A DNA stretch of 64,000 bases from Candidatus Hydrogenedentota bacterium (GTDB lineage: Bacteria; Hydrogenedentota; Hydrogenedentia; Hydrogenedentales; SLHB01), in the NCBI GenBank assembly GCA_963668025.2, contig CAXXTH010000011.1:64001-128000 (forward strand), read 5' to 3'. How positions within the stretch are numbered: the first letter of the stretch is position 1; the number at the start of each line of letters is the position of its first letter. The translations under genes and the position numbers were made by a program. This document shows positions 10,110 through 19,205 of the stretch, in pieces. The notes under the pieces were generated by a model. That model did not search any database and was not told the DNA's origin. It saw only the letters and a list, made by a program, of their open reading frames with translations.

Positions 10110-10493
10110 CTATCCATTTAACCGGCGTTCCCAGTCCCAATCCCGCGCCGTGACAATGCCTTCCATGCGTCCGATGCGCCTATCGAGGTTATCGAACGTG
10201 TTTTTGAGCCGCGTGAGCGCCATGTACCGCGAATTGACATAGGAATCGTAAAACTCGCGGTCCATGTCTTCATGAAACTGCACCACCGGCTCCGGTTTCA
10301 TGGTAAGCGCCAGGAGGATATAGGCCAGCACGCAAGGCCATAGCCCGGTAACAAACGCCAAGACAATCGTTAAAATCCGGAGCCAGAACAACGAAAAACC
10401 GAAATGGTTCGATAGCCCCTTGCATACTCCGAAAATGGCTCCCGTACGGGAGCGGTATAGCCCAGCAGACCAGCCTTCTTGATGCCTATTCAT
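10110..10493 (-). CDS. pspC: Phage shock protein C
   Basis: LYRSRTGAIFGVCKGLSNHFG, TM helix, and C-terminal LDRRIGRMEGIVT; GAGGAGG RBS. Confidence 0.9.
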   Translation of the reverse strand: MNRHQEGWSAGLYRSRTGAIFGVCKGLSNHFGFSLFWLRILTIVLAFVTGLWPCVLAYILLALTMKPEPVVQFHEDMDREFYDSYVNSRYMALTRLKNTFDNLDRRIGRMEGIVTARDWDWERRLNG

Positions 10494-10544
10494 ACACACC
10501 TCCTCTGATGAGAATCCGAATGTTTCCAGCTTGATTGTGGAACG

Positions 10545-11489
10545 CTATTGTTGTTCAAGGCTCACTTTTCCTATATCGGTTCGCAGCACCACTTCGCCGC
10601 CGCCCGTTCCCGCGGTTCCCTTGATGTGTGTTTTTCCCGTTGATTCCGTCCGGGCAAGGGGATATCCGCATTCCACTTTGCCCAAATCAGACGCCATATC
10701 CACGTTAAAAGACTGTCCCGATGGCAGGCCAAGGGCCACTTCTCCAATATTCGTCTTGCAGTGGATGTTTGGAGCGGCGGCAAGCTTGCCAAACTTCATG
10801 TCGATCTTGCCGTTGCCGGTTTTCGCGGATGCATTACCGGCCAGATTCTCGCCACGTATGGCTCCATTGCCGGTGGAAAGGTCCATATCGCCGCTCACAT
10901 CCGTTAGCTGGATCTCTCCATTGCCCACGTCAGCGTGTAATGCGCCGCCTAGCCGTTCCGCTTGGATGGCCCCATTACCAATGGCAATCGACGCCGGGGC
11001 TTGCAGGTTTGAACAAACAACCTTTCCGTTTCCTACATTCACGGTGGAGGCGATGTGTTTCGGCAGGTAAATGGTGAATTTTACTTGGGGATTATGGCTG
11101 TTCAAGCCCCGGTTATTCGTTTTACCCGTGGCCTCGAGCTTTTTCCCGTTCATTTCAATGGCCACTTTTATCTTGCCGAGGAGTTCCCGCGCTTCTTCTT
11201 CATCCAAACATTTTCCACCTATAAACGGTATTCCATCGCTTTCAGCCTTTACACTACGCTCCGCACGGACTACCGCCCGGGCTTCATCCCATCCTTCCAC
11301 GCTCACCGCCCCGTTGTCGTTATGTACAAGCAAAACTGAAATGCTGTCTACAGGAAATTCTTGCTCCGCCATCATAAAGAAGCAGCCATTTTCCTGCTGC
11401 AAGTCCGCTTCTTCAACCACGGTCTCGGCCACGCCCGATAGGCACGCAATCGCAAGGAATAATGTTGTTGCCGGGATAGCATTGAACAT
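10545..11489 (-). CDS. Secreted DUF4097-family beta-strand repeat protein
   Basis: Signal peptide; NDNGAVSVEGWD; repeated xGNGxI units; ends LRTDIGKVSL. Confidence 0.8.
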   Translation of the reverse strand: MFNAIPATTLFLAIACLSGVAETVVEEADLQQENGCFFMMAEQEFPVDSISVLLVHNDNGAVSVEGWDEARAVVRAERSVKAESDGIPFIGGKCLDEEEARELLGKIKVAIEMNGKKLEATGKTNNRGLNSHNPQVKFTIYLPKHIASTVNVGNGKVVCSNLQAPASIAIGNGAIQAERLGGALHADVGNGEIQLTDVSGDMDLSTGNGAIRGENLAGNASAKTGNGKIDMKFGKLAAAPNIHCKTNIGEVALGLPSGQSFNVDMASDLGKVECGYPLARTESTGKTHIKGTAGTGGGEVVLRTDIGKVSLEQQ

Positions 11490-11518
11490 AATGTGGTCCT
11501 CCCATGAAAGCCTATATA

Positions 11519-12499
11519 CTAGGCTTTATAACGTCCAAGGGGCGTTTTTTTGATTTTCGTACACAACAGCAATACGCCTAAGGCAAATCCGCCGGCAAGC
11601 GCCACGCCCGATTGGCCGCCAATGCCTGCTAACGACATGCGGCTGGGCGTTTCTTTTGGTTTCCCCAAATGAAACTCGTCGTTTTCTATAGCCCGGCCGA
11701 GGTCCATGCATCGTATGGCGTATTGTTCCAGCGAATACACTTTATCACTGCTGGTTTCGCTCGTTTCATATTTTTCAGTCCGGATTTCTTTGGGTGTAAA
11801 AAGTGAGGGGGCGAGCTCTACAAAAGCGTCGCATGTGACCCGGCAAACGCAAGAGCCGTTGTCATACGTTTCCCGCTGCACCAATGCAAAATCCAGCTCC
11901 GGCGCCAGCCACACCGTACATTTGTTTTCTAGCGTTAAGACATTACACCGATATCCCCGGACAATTTCCTGCTCCGGTTTTATGTAGAGGCGAGGATCAT
12001 CCAGGATGGCCAGTACATCCATTCCCATATTGCTTTCCTCTACCTCTTGCATTGGGTAGAGCATGTGGAGAGCAGTGCTCTGTAATCCCATCATGGCTAG
12101 AGCGGAATTGCGGTTATACGCATATGCTTCGCGAGGATCGGTGAATTGGCTCGAATACTGCGGTTGAGTTGAGCCCGAATAATCCCATTCTTCGAGCATT
12201 CCGCCATCGAAAGTCTGGCGCCATTGAAGCTGCGCTTCTTGATTCGATGGATTTGGCTGATATGCTCGAATTCCGAACAAGGGGCCATCACTATAATGGG
12301 CGTATAACTCAGTTTCCTTGGATTTCAACTTCCCTGCCGGCGTGATGCTATACTGGGTGGCTTCATACTCCATGATGTAAGTTTTCAAGCGTTCCATTTT
12401 TTGCTGATACGAATGGCGAACTGCATCTAAATCAAGAGGCGCATCCATGGCGCACAAGCAAGTAGCGGTTAAAGCGGTTATCGAAAATGCGGACAACAT
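11519..12499 (-). CDS. Hypothetical periplasmic protein with C-terminal TM anchor (possible LolA/RseB-like fold)
   Basis: N-terminal signal; GYRCNVL...VWLAPELDFALVQRE...FTPKE beta-rich segment; Gly-rich TM followed by KIKK. Confidence 0.55.
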   Translation of the reverse strand: MLSAFSITALTATCLCAMDAPLDLDAVRHSYQQKMERLKTYIMEYEATQYSITPAGKLKSKETELYAHYSDGPLFGIRAYQPNPSNQEAQLQWRQTFDGGMLEEWDYSGSTQPQYSSQFTDPREAYAYNRNSALAMMGLQSTALHMLYPMQEVEESNMGMDVLAILDDPRLYIKPEQEIVRGYRCNVLTLENKCTVWLAPELDFALVQRETYDNGSCVCRVTCDAFVELAPSLFTPKEIRTEKYETSETSSDKVYSLEQYAIRCMDLGRAIENDEFHLGKPKETPSRMSLAGIGGQSGVALAGGFALGVLLLCTKIKKTPLGRYKA

Positions 12500-12570
12500 T
12501 ACTCGCGTTTTCCTTCCCTAAATATCTCATTGCATTTCCCCTGAACCCGTTTGTGTTTTGTTTGATACTA

Positions 12571-12819
12571 TCAACTCGCGTGGCTGCGTTCATGCAGTGC
12601 TTCATCAAAGCGCGCCCGTTTTTCCCGCTCAATGACAAGCGTCTCGATATTCGCGATCCGCTCCTCCATGCGTTCGATGCGGGCCATCAGGTCTTTAGAA
12701 CCGGCCATGGAATTGGATCGGGCAAGCGCGACTTCTTTATATATTTTGAACTTTTTTGAGATGATGCTGGCTACCGCCTCAATGGCCACGACAGCGACTA
12801 TCATGCCCCACATGTTCAC
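12571..12819 (-). CDS. PspB-like small membrane protein (copy 3)
   Basis: TM helix then coiled coil RMEERIANIETLV; lies in the psp operon. Confidence 0.7.
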   Translation of the reverse strand: MNMWGMIVAVVAIEAVASIISKKFKIYKEVALARSNSMAGSKDLMARIERMEERIANIETLVIEREKRARFDEALHERSHAS

Positions 12820-12824
12820 GGCTC

Positions 12825-13091
12825 TTACTCCCCGTTGTGGCGGTCTCTGTTCCGCCGGTCGATATCCATCAGTATCGTCTCGAGTGCTTCGACGCGTTCT
12901 TCCATACGTTGAAGCCCGCGGTACATCTCCTGGATAAGCTGTGTCTCATCCAGGTTTTCTTGTCTCGTGCGGCCGTACGGTTTATTATTTGGCCGAATGA
13001 TGTTTGCAAGTGTTCTCATGGCCACGATCAACACGATACCGATGATCGCTACAATGGGAATCATCAACACCAATATTGCTTCAAGACTCAT
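12825..13091 (-). CDS. PspB-like small membrane protein (copy 2)
   Basis: TM helix then DETQLIQEMYRGLQRMEERVEALETILMD; GGAG RBS. Confidence 0.8.
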   Translation of the reverse strand: MSLEAILVLMIPIVAIIGIVLIVAMRTLANIIRPNNKPYGRTRQENLDETQLIQEMYRGLQRMEERVEALETILMDIDRRNRDRHNGE

Positions 13092-13118
13092 GTTGTAGCT
13101 CCTTGTTAGCGATCATTG

Positions 13119-13376
13119 TTATTCTTGGCGTCCGTGTTCCGTTTCTTTATCCAGAAGAATCGTCTCGAGATTTTCGATACGCTTTTCAAAATCCGACAAG
13201 CCCCGGTGGAGCTCCTGCATGCTCCGCGCCTCTTCGGCATCGAGCGTGCGGCTGCGTTGCGGACCCCGCAACAGGCGTACGAGCACCAGCACGAAAAAGC
13301 ATAGTAGCGCTAAAATTACAAAAGGCAAAACTACGACCACGGCCACAAATGACAATACAGCCCATGTCTCATACAT
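13119..13376 (-). CDS. PspB-like small membrane protein (copy 1)
   Basis: TM helix then EEARSMQELHRGLSDFEKRIENLETILLD; GAGGAG RBS before the ATG at 13376. Confidence 0.8.
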   Translation of the reverse strand: MYETWAVLSFVAVVVVLPFVILALLCFFVLVLVRLLRGPQRSRTLDAEEARSMQELHRGLSDFEKRIENLETILLDKETEHGRQE

Positions 13377-13561
13377 TGATATACTCCTCTCGATTCGCAA
13401 TCCAGATTATTCTAGCTGTTCATGGCACTGTTTCGCGATACGCAGATCAGAGGTCTTGTGGAGTATCCTGCCCCATTGCCTTTCCCTCGAGGGGAGCTGA
13501 CGGAGCAGGAGTAGCTCGGTACAGCCTCCCCATAAGTTCGAACTCGTTTGTTCTTGCGTTC

Positions 13562-14227
13562 TTATGCGCCTGGCTGCTGATTGCTTTTCAAGGCTTCGAG
13601 TTCGCGTTCGATGTCTTCATCACCCGCCAGCTTCGCGATCTCGTCGGCCAGTGATGGCTTCCGTCCAAAATTCACCAACTCGGCTTCTGCTTCCATGCGC
13701 TCGATGCGGTTCTCGAACGACTCGAAACGCATCAATGCCGCTGAGGTGTCGGCCTTGCGAATATCGCTCTGGGCGCGCATCTTCTGGCGTGCATGTATGT
13801 GGCGCTGGACAAGCACCCGCTGGCGTTCGCGCGCCGAATTGAGCTTGTCCTCAAGCTGCATGATATCCGACTGGTATTGTTCGACCAGCCCATCGCATTT
13901 CGCCAGCTCGCCAAGAATAGCGTCCACACGCTCGATGTAGCGCCGTTTCTCGAGAAGCGCCTCGCGGGCCAGATCTTCCCGGCCCTTGCGCACCGCCAGC
14001 TCCGCCTTCGCGGCCCAATCCTCGGCGCGTTTGCGTATGTCGGCTTCCTCACGCTCAATTTTTTTCTTGGTGGCCATGGCGCCCGCGCACGCCGCTTTGA
14101 TGTCCACGAGGGTGTCTTCCATTTCGCGGATCATCAGTTTTACTAATTTTTCGGGATCTTCCGCCTTATCCAGCATCGAATTAATATTGGCGCTGATGAT
14201 GTCCCGCACTCTTGAAAAAATACTCAT
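13562..14227 (-). CDS. pspA: Phage shock protein A
   Basis: MSIFSRVRDIISANINSMLDKAEDPEKLVKLMIREMEDTL, GREDLAREAL, DIERELEALK; AGGAG RBS. Confidence 0.95.
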   Translation of the reverse strand: MSIFSRVRDIISANINSMLDKAEDPEKLVKLMIREMEDTLVDIKAACAGAMATKKKIEREEADIRKRAEDWAAKAELAVRKGREDLAREALLEKRRYIERVDAILGELAKCDGLVEQYQSDIMQLEDKLNSARERQRVLVQRHIHARQKMRAQSDIRKADTSAALMRFESFENRIERMEAEAELVNFGRKPSLADEIAKLAGDEDIERELEALKSNQQPGA

Positions 14228-14293
14228 GATGTTCACTCCTACGTGTTCCTTCATGAACCGGATGTGTCTGCAACCCAAACCTGTGGAGATAAA

Positions 14294-14309
14294 AGCAATT
14301 GCTATGCCA
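14294..14309 (-). promoter_or_regulatory. Sigma54 (-24/-12) promoter of the psp operon
   Basis: Minus strand TGGCATAGCAATTGCT matches TGGCAC-N5-TTGCW, 67 nt upstream of pspA. Confidence 0.85.
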
Positions 14310-14616
14310 GAACGTTGTTATTATTGTAAATCATTCAAATATAAAGGGTTATACTAATCTGCCATATCGAGGATTCTTGATGGTGTGGTTTATTTGGCCA
14401 ACAATAATGCCCATAAGCCAAGATGCATGGCGAAATGCGCCTCATCCGCTTTCGGTTGTCCAGATGCTTCCACCGTATTGCCTGAAGGGCATCTATTGTG
14501 TAATATTCCAAGCAACTTGGAGAGTCTATTTAGTATTTAGTATGCGGTCATCACTTTCGTGTATGGAGGGGCCCGTTTTTTTGACCACGAAATATACCAA
14601 ATACATACAGTAGCAT

Positions 14617-14829
14617 AGCCGCAACCAAAGATCCGGATTTAACCACGAAATACACTAAATACACTAAAATTTGAAGCGTAGGGTGGGGCTTGCCCCACCA
14701 ATCAAAGGAAGAGCCAACTAAGACATTATCTAAAACGTATGCTATAACAATATGCTATAACAATTTGATTCTATTTGATTTACACAGAAAATACATGCAA
14801 GAAAACAAGATTTTATTTGTTAGCAATAC
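14617..14829 (+). repeat. Dispersed ~200-bp intergenic repeat, copy A, with REP core GTAGGGTGGGGCTTGCCCCACC (14678-14699)
   Basis: Aligns by eye end to end with 48840-49032 (reverse strand) and partly with 60848-61025. Confidence 0.8.
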
Positions 14830-14870
14830 GAAAAAATCACCTGAATTATTGATAAGTATCGAGGTGGCAT

Positions 14871-15824
14871 ATGCGTCTGGTTCGGTTCATAGAAATACTC
14901 ATCGGCGCCGTTTTTGTGGCTGCGGCGGCCCTCAAAGCCGTGGATCTGCATGCATTCGCCGTGCAAATCCAGTATTACGGCGTTATTAGCGAGCCTGGCC
15001 TGGTCCGGTATGCGGCCCTCGCTTCCGTGGGTGTGGAAACGATTCTTGGCGCATTGCTGCTTGCAGGGATTCGCGTGCGCGGCCTCACCTATGTGGCCAA
15101 TCTCTTGTTGCTGGCAGTGTTCACTGGCCTGGTTGGATATGCCTGGGCGTATCACGGACTCAAGGATTGCGGCTGTTTCGGCAAGCTTATTCCGTTAGGG
15201 CCACTAGAAACGACTCTCAAGAATGCCGCGATGATGGCGTTATTGATTTGGGCGTGGCTTCGCGCGAAGCGGCTCGATTACGGGGCAGGCGCGTCTTCAT
15301 CGAACGCCGCTGAAGCCGTGCGGAGTCTGGCCGCCCTGGGCGCGCTCGCCGTGGTGGCTCTCTGTATCTTCTTTACGGATAACGCCGCTTTTTTTAATCC
15401 CCCCAAAGTGGAGAAAGAACGCCCCTTTGCGCAATTCCAGGTGGAAACGCCCGACGGGGCGGTCCTCGATCTCGGGCAGGGTGAATACTTCGTGGCCATG
15501 ATGAGCACGACATGCGACGACTGCGCCGCCGCAGTGGCTCCGCTGAATGAGGTCTATTTATCGCAATCCACCCCGCCCCTGGTGGCATTGATGCTTGGCA
15601 CGGAGGAATCGCAGCAGGAGTTCGAGGCGAATACCAGTCCTGAATTCCCCCGCCGCCTCATTGATGACCTGCAATTTCTCAGTCTAATCGGCAAGGAGCC
15701 GCCACGATTTTATATCATTCAGGACGGCAAACCCGTGCGTTATCTAGACACCCTCGAGGCTACGACTACGATGTTGTGTGACTTCGCGCTGGGGAATCTG
15801 GAAGGCGCACCAGAAGGTTCATGA
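14871..15824 (+). CDS. MauE/DoxX-family membrane protein fused to a thioredoxin-like domain
   Basis: GAVFVAAAALK and DCGCFG (MauE motif), several TM helices, then CDDC in a C-terminal thioredoxin-like region. Confidence 0.8.
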   Translation: MRLVRFIEILIGAVFVAAAALKAVDLHAFAVQIQYYGVISEPGLVRYAALASVGVETILGALLLAGIRVRGLTYVANLLLLAVFTGLVGYAWAYHGLKDCGCFGKLIPLGPLETTLKNAAMMALLIWAWLRAKRLDYGAGASSSNAAEAVRSLAALGALAVVALCIFFTDNAAFFNPPKVEKERPFAQFQVETPDGAVLDLGQGEYFVAMMSTTCDDCAAAVAPLNEVYLSQSTPPLVALMLGTEESQQEFEANTSPEFPRRLIDDLQFLSLIGKEPPRFYIIQDGKPVRYLDTLEATTTMLCDFALGNLEGAPEGS

Positions 15825-15840
15825 CTAGGAAGGAATTCGT

Positions 15841-16518
15841 ATGGAAGGCGCAGTTCCCATTCTATTCATTGCGCTGATTATTTGCCTGGTTATCACCGCG
15901 GCGATATTCGGCTGGCTGCAAGAAAAACGCCGCCGGGAGGCCTTCCAGCAGCTCGCGGCCCGTTTGGGCATGTTCTATACCCAGCGTGACACTGGGCTGG
16001 CGCAAGGATTGTCTTTTCTCGATAAGCTGCGCCAAGGCTCAAACCGCTACGCCATGAACATTCTCCAAGGACCTTATGAGGGGTTCTCCGCCATGGTGTT
16101 TGATTTTCATTACGAGACCTACTCGACCGACTCGAAGGGCCGCCGACAGACCCATCACCACTATATGAGTTTCTTCGTGCTCAAGGAGGGCATAGCCTAT
16201 CCGGAATTGGTGATCTACCCGGAGACCTTTTTCTCGAAGATCGGCCAGATGCTCGGATATGACGACATCGATTTTGAGTCCATCGAATTCTCGAAGGCAT
16301 TTGTGGTCCGCTCCAAGGACAAGCGTTTCGCGTATGATATTTGCCATACCCGCATGATGGAATATCTGCTGAGACACCGTGAGTTGTGCATCGAGATTGA
16401 TGGGCCGTGCGTGTCCATCAGTTTTGATAAGCGCCTCGAGCCGGAGGAAATAGAGCCGAAACTGCGCCAGCTCATGGAGATACGGCGGCTATTTCCAGAG
16501 TACTTGTACCGCAGTTGA
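15841..16518 (+). CDS. Single-TM hypothetical protein (DUF3137-like LemA partner)
   Basis: N-terminal TM, EKRRREAFQQLAARLG, DIDFESIEFSKAFVV; directly upstream of lemA. Confidence 0.65.
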   Translation: MEGAVPILFIALIICLVITAAIFGWLQEKRRREAFQQLAARLGMFYTQRDTGLAQGLSFLDKLRQGSNRYAMNILQGPYEGFSAMVFDFHYETYSTDSKGRRQTHHHYMSFFVLKEGIAYPELVIYPETFFSKIGQMLGYDDIDFESIEFSKAFVVRSKDKRFAYDICHTRMMEYLLRHRELCIEIDGPCVSISFDKRLEPEEIEPKLRQLMEIRRLFPEYLYRS

Positions 16519-16582
16519 TGCAAAGGCGGATTTGTAATCATTTCCACGTCCGCGTAGTATAGTCCGAACGGAGGATATCGTC

Positions 16583-17149
16583 ATGGCGGCAATCGTTTTA
16601 CTGGTGATTATACTCGGAATCGGCCTGGTGTTCGTGCTGATCGTTGTGGGCATGTACAATGGCCTTGTCCGCATCAAGAATACGTGTGATGAATCGTGGT
16701 CGGATGTCGAGACGGAAATGCAGCGCCGGTACGACCTGATCCCGAATTTGGTCAATACGGTGAAAGGGTACGCCAGCCATGAGCGGGAGTTGCTCGAGGA
16801 AGTGACCCGCCTGCGCGAGCAGTGTGCCGCGAACCATGGTTCGCCCGAACAGCAAGCCGTTTCGGAGAATATGCTTCAAGGCGTGCTTGGCAAGCTCATG
16901 GTGCGGCTCGAGGCCTACCCTGACTTGAAGGCCAACCAGAACTTTCTCGACCTGCAACAGGAATTGGCGAATACGGAAAACCGCATCCAAGCCGCCTTGC
17001 GTTTTTATAATGGCAATGTGCGCGAGAACAACAATAAAGTCCAGATGTTTCCCAGCAATATCATTGCAGGCATGTTTGGATTTGGCAAGCGCGAGTTTTT
17101 CGAGCTGCGCAATGAAGAGGCCCGGGTCGCCCCGAAGGTCGAGTTTTAA
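16583..17149 (+). CDS. lemA: LemA family protein
   Basis: YNGLV, RRYDLIPNLVNTVKGYA, EAYPDLKANQNF, FPSNIIA. Confidence 0.95.
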   Translation: MAAIVLLVIILGIGLVFVLIVVGMYNGLVRIKNTCDESWSDVETEMQRRYDLIPNLVNTVKGYASHERELLEEVTRLREQCAANHGSPEQQAVSENMLQGVLGKLMVRLEAYPDLKANQNFLDLQQELANTENRIQAALRFYNGNVRENNNKVQMFPSNIIAGMFGFGKREFFELRNEEARVAPKVEF

Positions 17150-17192
17150 CACGAAACCTATCCCGCGCATCCGCGCAACTAAGGATACGTGC

Positions 17193-19037
17193 ATGCCGCT
17201 TCTTTTCCGTCCAATAACCCTAACTCTGGGAGCAATGCTGTATTGCACGTGCGCCGCATATGCATACGATTTGAATGGGGCTATTGTGGATGCCGCGGGA
17301 AAGCCGGTGGCGGGGGCCTCGGTTTGGATTGCGCAGAACCATCAAGTCCATACGGCCAAATCAGATGATACGGGAGCGTTTAAGGTATCTTCACTCGAGC
17401 CAGGCCCCACGGAGGCCGTGGCATATAAAGAGGGCCTTGCCGTTGGCGGAGTGAGTTGCCACCTTACACGTTCGGAGCAAGTGCAAATTGTGCTGCTCGA
17501 ACCGGATACGCTTCAGCTTCGCATCATCGATCCCACTTTCGAGCCGGTGGAAGGCGCCCGCCTGAAATACGTGTTTATTGCGAATATGATTCCTGTAGCG
17601 CTCGATGACCTTGAATCGCAAGGTTTTCCCGCATATCGAAGCGGCGCGGATGGGGAGATGGCCATACCCATTCTGCCGAAAGGCTTTCCCGCCGGATTCG
17701 TGGTGGCCCACCGAAAATTCGCCGATTTGCTGGTTCCATTACTTCCCGTGGGGGGGGAGCGCCAAAGCGTGCAGATCTATCCGGGCACGCCCTTGCGGGG
17801 CCGGGTGGCAAATGAAAAAGGCGAAGGGGTAGGTGGCGCGGAAGTGTCCATCATCCATCCAGGGCCGTGGGGCAATCGCATTCCCCAGGAACTCATCACC
17901 GATCCCGAGGGATATTATTCCACGGTAGTGCGGCCAGGGGCATACAGCGTCCGCGCAACGCACAAGGAATATGCTCCGTCAGACGCCGCCGATGCGACTA
18001 TCGAACGTCTACTGGAAAAAACCACCGATCTGGTTTTACCTGCGGCCCATTACTTGGATGGAACCATTCTCGGTCCCGACGGCAAACCGTTCGGCGGTGT
18101 GTGGGTGGTCTACCTCATGAATGAGAAGCTCTACCAGCGCGCCATGACCGATGTAAATGGCAAATATGAATTGAAAGTGAAACGGGGCGATGGCCGTGTG
18201 CATATCCTTCCTCCCGATGGATATACAGTAGCGAAAACGCTTGACACACTGGCCAAAATCGAGGATGTGCCCCGGGTCGAGCTTCCGCCGGTGCAGTTAT
18301 CAACCCTTCCAGAAGTAGAGGGTGTGGTCGTAGGTCCGGATGGGAAAGCGCCTGGCCGGGTGTTGATATCGAGCTTGGACCTTGATCCGCCCCGCTGGGA
18401 TCTTTCCGATGAAAATGGACGCTTCGCCATGCACTTTGCCCGCATCCCCGGCCAAGCCAAGGCCCGGTTCCGGGTCGAGCATGCCCGGCGCTTTCAGCAA
18501 GCGGAGTTTACGGTCGATTTCACGGATATCAAGCCGCTGAATATCCAGTTGGAAGCGTATGAGCCTGAGCCGCAGCCGAATAATCCATCCAAAGCATACA
18601 ATGATCTTTCCAGCTTAGTGGACAAGCCAGCGCCGCCCTTGGCTTGCGCTTCCTGGTTTAATTCCCCGGCGCTCACCCTGGATGCGTTAAAAGGCAAGGT
18701 GATTGTGCTGGCGTTTTGGGGCGGATTCGCGGACCGCGGCCCCGTCTTCGACCATATCGAGGAATTGCGCGCGTTGTTTGAGTTGTTGCAAGGCGTGGAG
18801 GATGTGGCAATCATTTCCGTGCATGACAGCAGCGTGGATGAGGAGATGGCCCGGGATTATGTAGGAAAGTTTCGCGTAGGATTTCCCGTGGGGTACGATA
18901 CGGAAGAAGGGGAAACATTCAAACGGTATGAAACCACGGTCATGCCCCAGACCGTACTTATTGGCAAAGACGGCCTAGTTCGTTATTTCGAGGTGGATGG
19001 CCGTTTGTTGGAGCTTATTAAATGTTTACGACGATAA
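17193..19037 (+). CDS. Secreted carboxypeptidase-regulatory-like repeat protein with C-terminal redoxin (TlpA-like) domain lacking CxxC
   Basis: Signal peptide after the ATG at 17193; repeated GxVxDxxGKP...GA and TDxxGxY units; APPL...WFNS...LKGKVIVLAFWGGF...PQTVLIGKDG. Confidence 0.75.
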   Translation: MPLLFRPITLTLGAMLYCTCAAYAYDLNGAIVDAAGKPVAGASVWIAQNHQVHTAKSDDTGAFKVSSLEPGPTEAVAYKEGLAVGGVSCHLTRSEQVQIVLLEPDTLQLRIIDPTFEPVEGARLKYVFIANMIPVALDDLESQGFPAYRSGADGEMAIPILPKGFPAGFVVAHRKFADLLVPLLPVGGERQSVQIYPGTPLRGRVANEKGEGVGGAEVSIIHPGPWGNRIPQELITDPEGYYSTVVRPGAYSVRATHKEYAPSDAADATIERLLEKTTDLVLPAAHYLDGTILGPDGKPFGGVWVVYLMNEKLYQRAMTDVNGKYELKVKRGDGRVHILPPDGYTVAKTLDTLAKIEDVPRVELPPVQLSTLPEVEGVVVGPDGKAPGRVLISSLDLDPPRWDLSDENGRFAMHFARIPGQAKARFRVEHARRFQQAEFTVDFTDIKPLNIQLEAYEPEPQPNNPSKAYNDLSSLVDKPAPPLACASWFNSPALTLDALKGKVIVLAFWGGFADRGPVFDHIEELRALFELLQGVEDVAIISVHDSSVDEEMARDYVGKFRVGFPVGYDTEEGETFKRYETTVMPQTVLIGKDGLVRYFEVDGRLLELIKCLRR

Positions 19038-19205
19038 GTGGATACGGACAAGCATGTCCATTAAAAGCAATATGATATATTGTATAGAGTCCGGAGATGA
19101 TGAAGTCTCACCTGATGCGCCCCCCTTGGCGCTGGTTTGGAGTGAAACCCGGACATCCTGAATAGATAGCATGAAAGGCAGTTCCCTAACCAAGGAGGCT
19201 TCTCT

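Noticed and set aside
13408-13533. 41-codon minus-strand ORF and stem-loop between pspA and the first pspB-like gene
   Set aside because: No RBS or protein features; the hairpin is plausibly an ordinary mRNA-stability element.
14641-14765. Short tandem repeats (AAATACACT x2, TATGCTATAACAA x2) as a possible CRISPR array
   Set aside because: No repeat-spacer periodicity and no cas genes; they are internal to the dispersed repeat.
17010-17192. N-terminal extensions in the ORF track (17010, 32276, 24592, 57595, 44115, 45406, 14278)
   Set aside because: They overlap upstream genes or repeats; downstream ATGs with an RBS, signal peptide or conserved N-terminus fit better.
19089-19154. Hammerhead or fluoride riboswitch reading of CTGATG...GAAAC
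   Set aside because: Core is CTGATGC rather than CTGATGA and the stem order does not fit; kept only as an unclassified structure.
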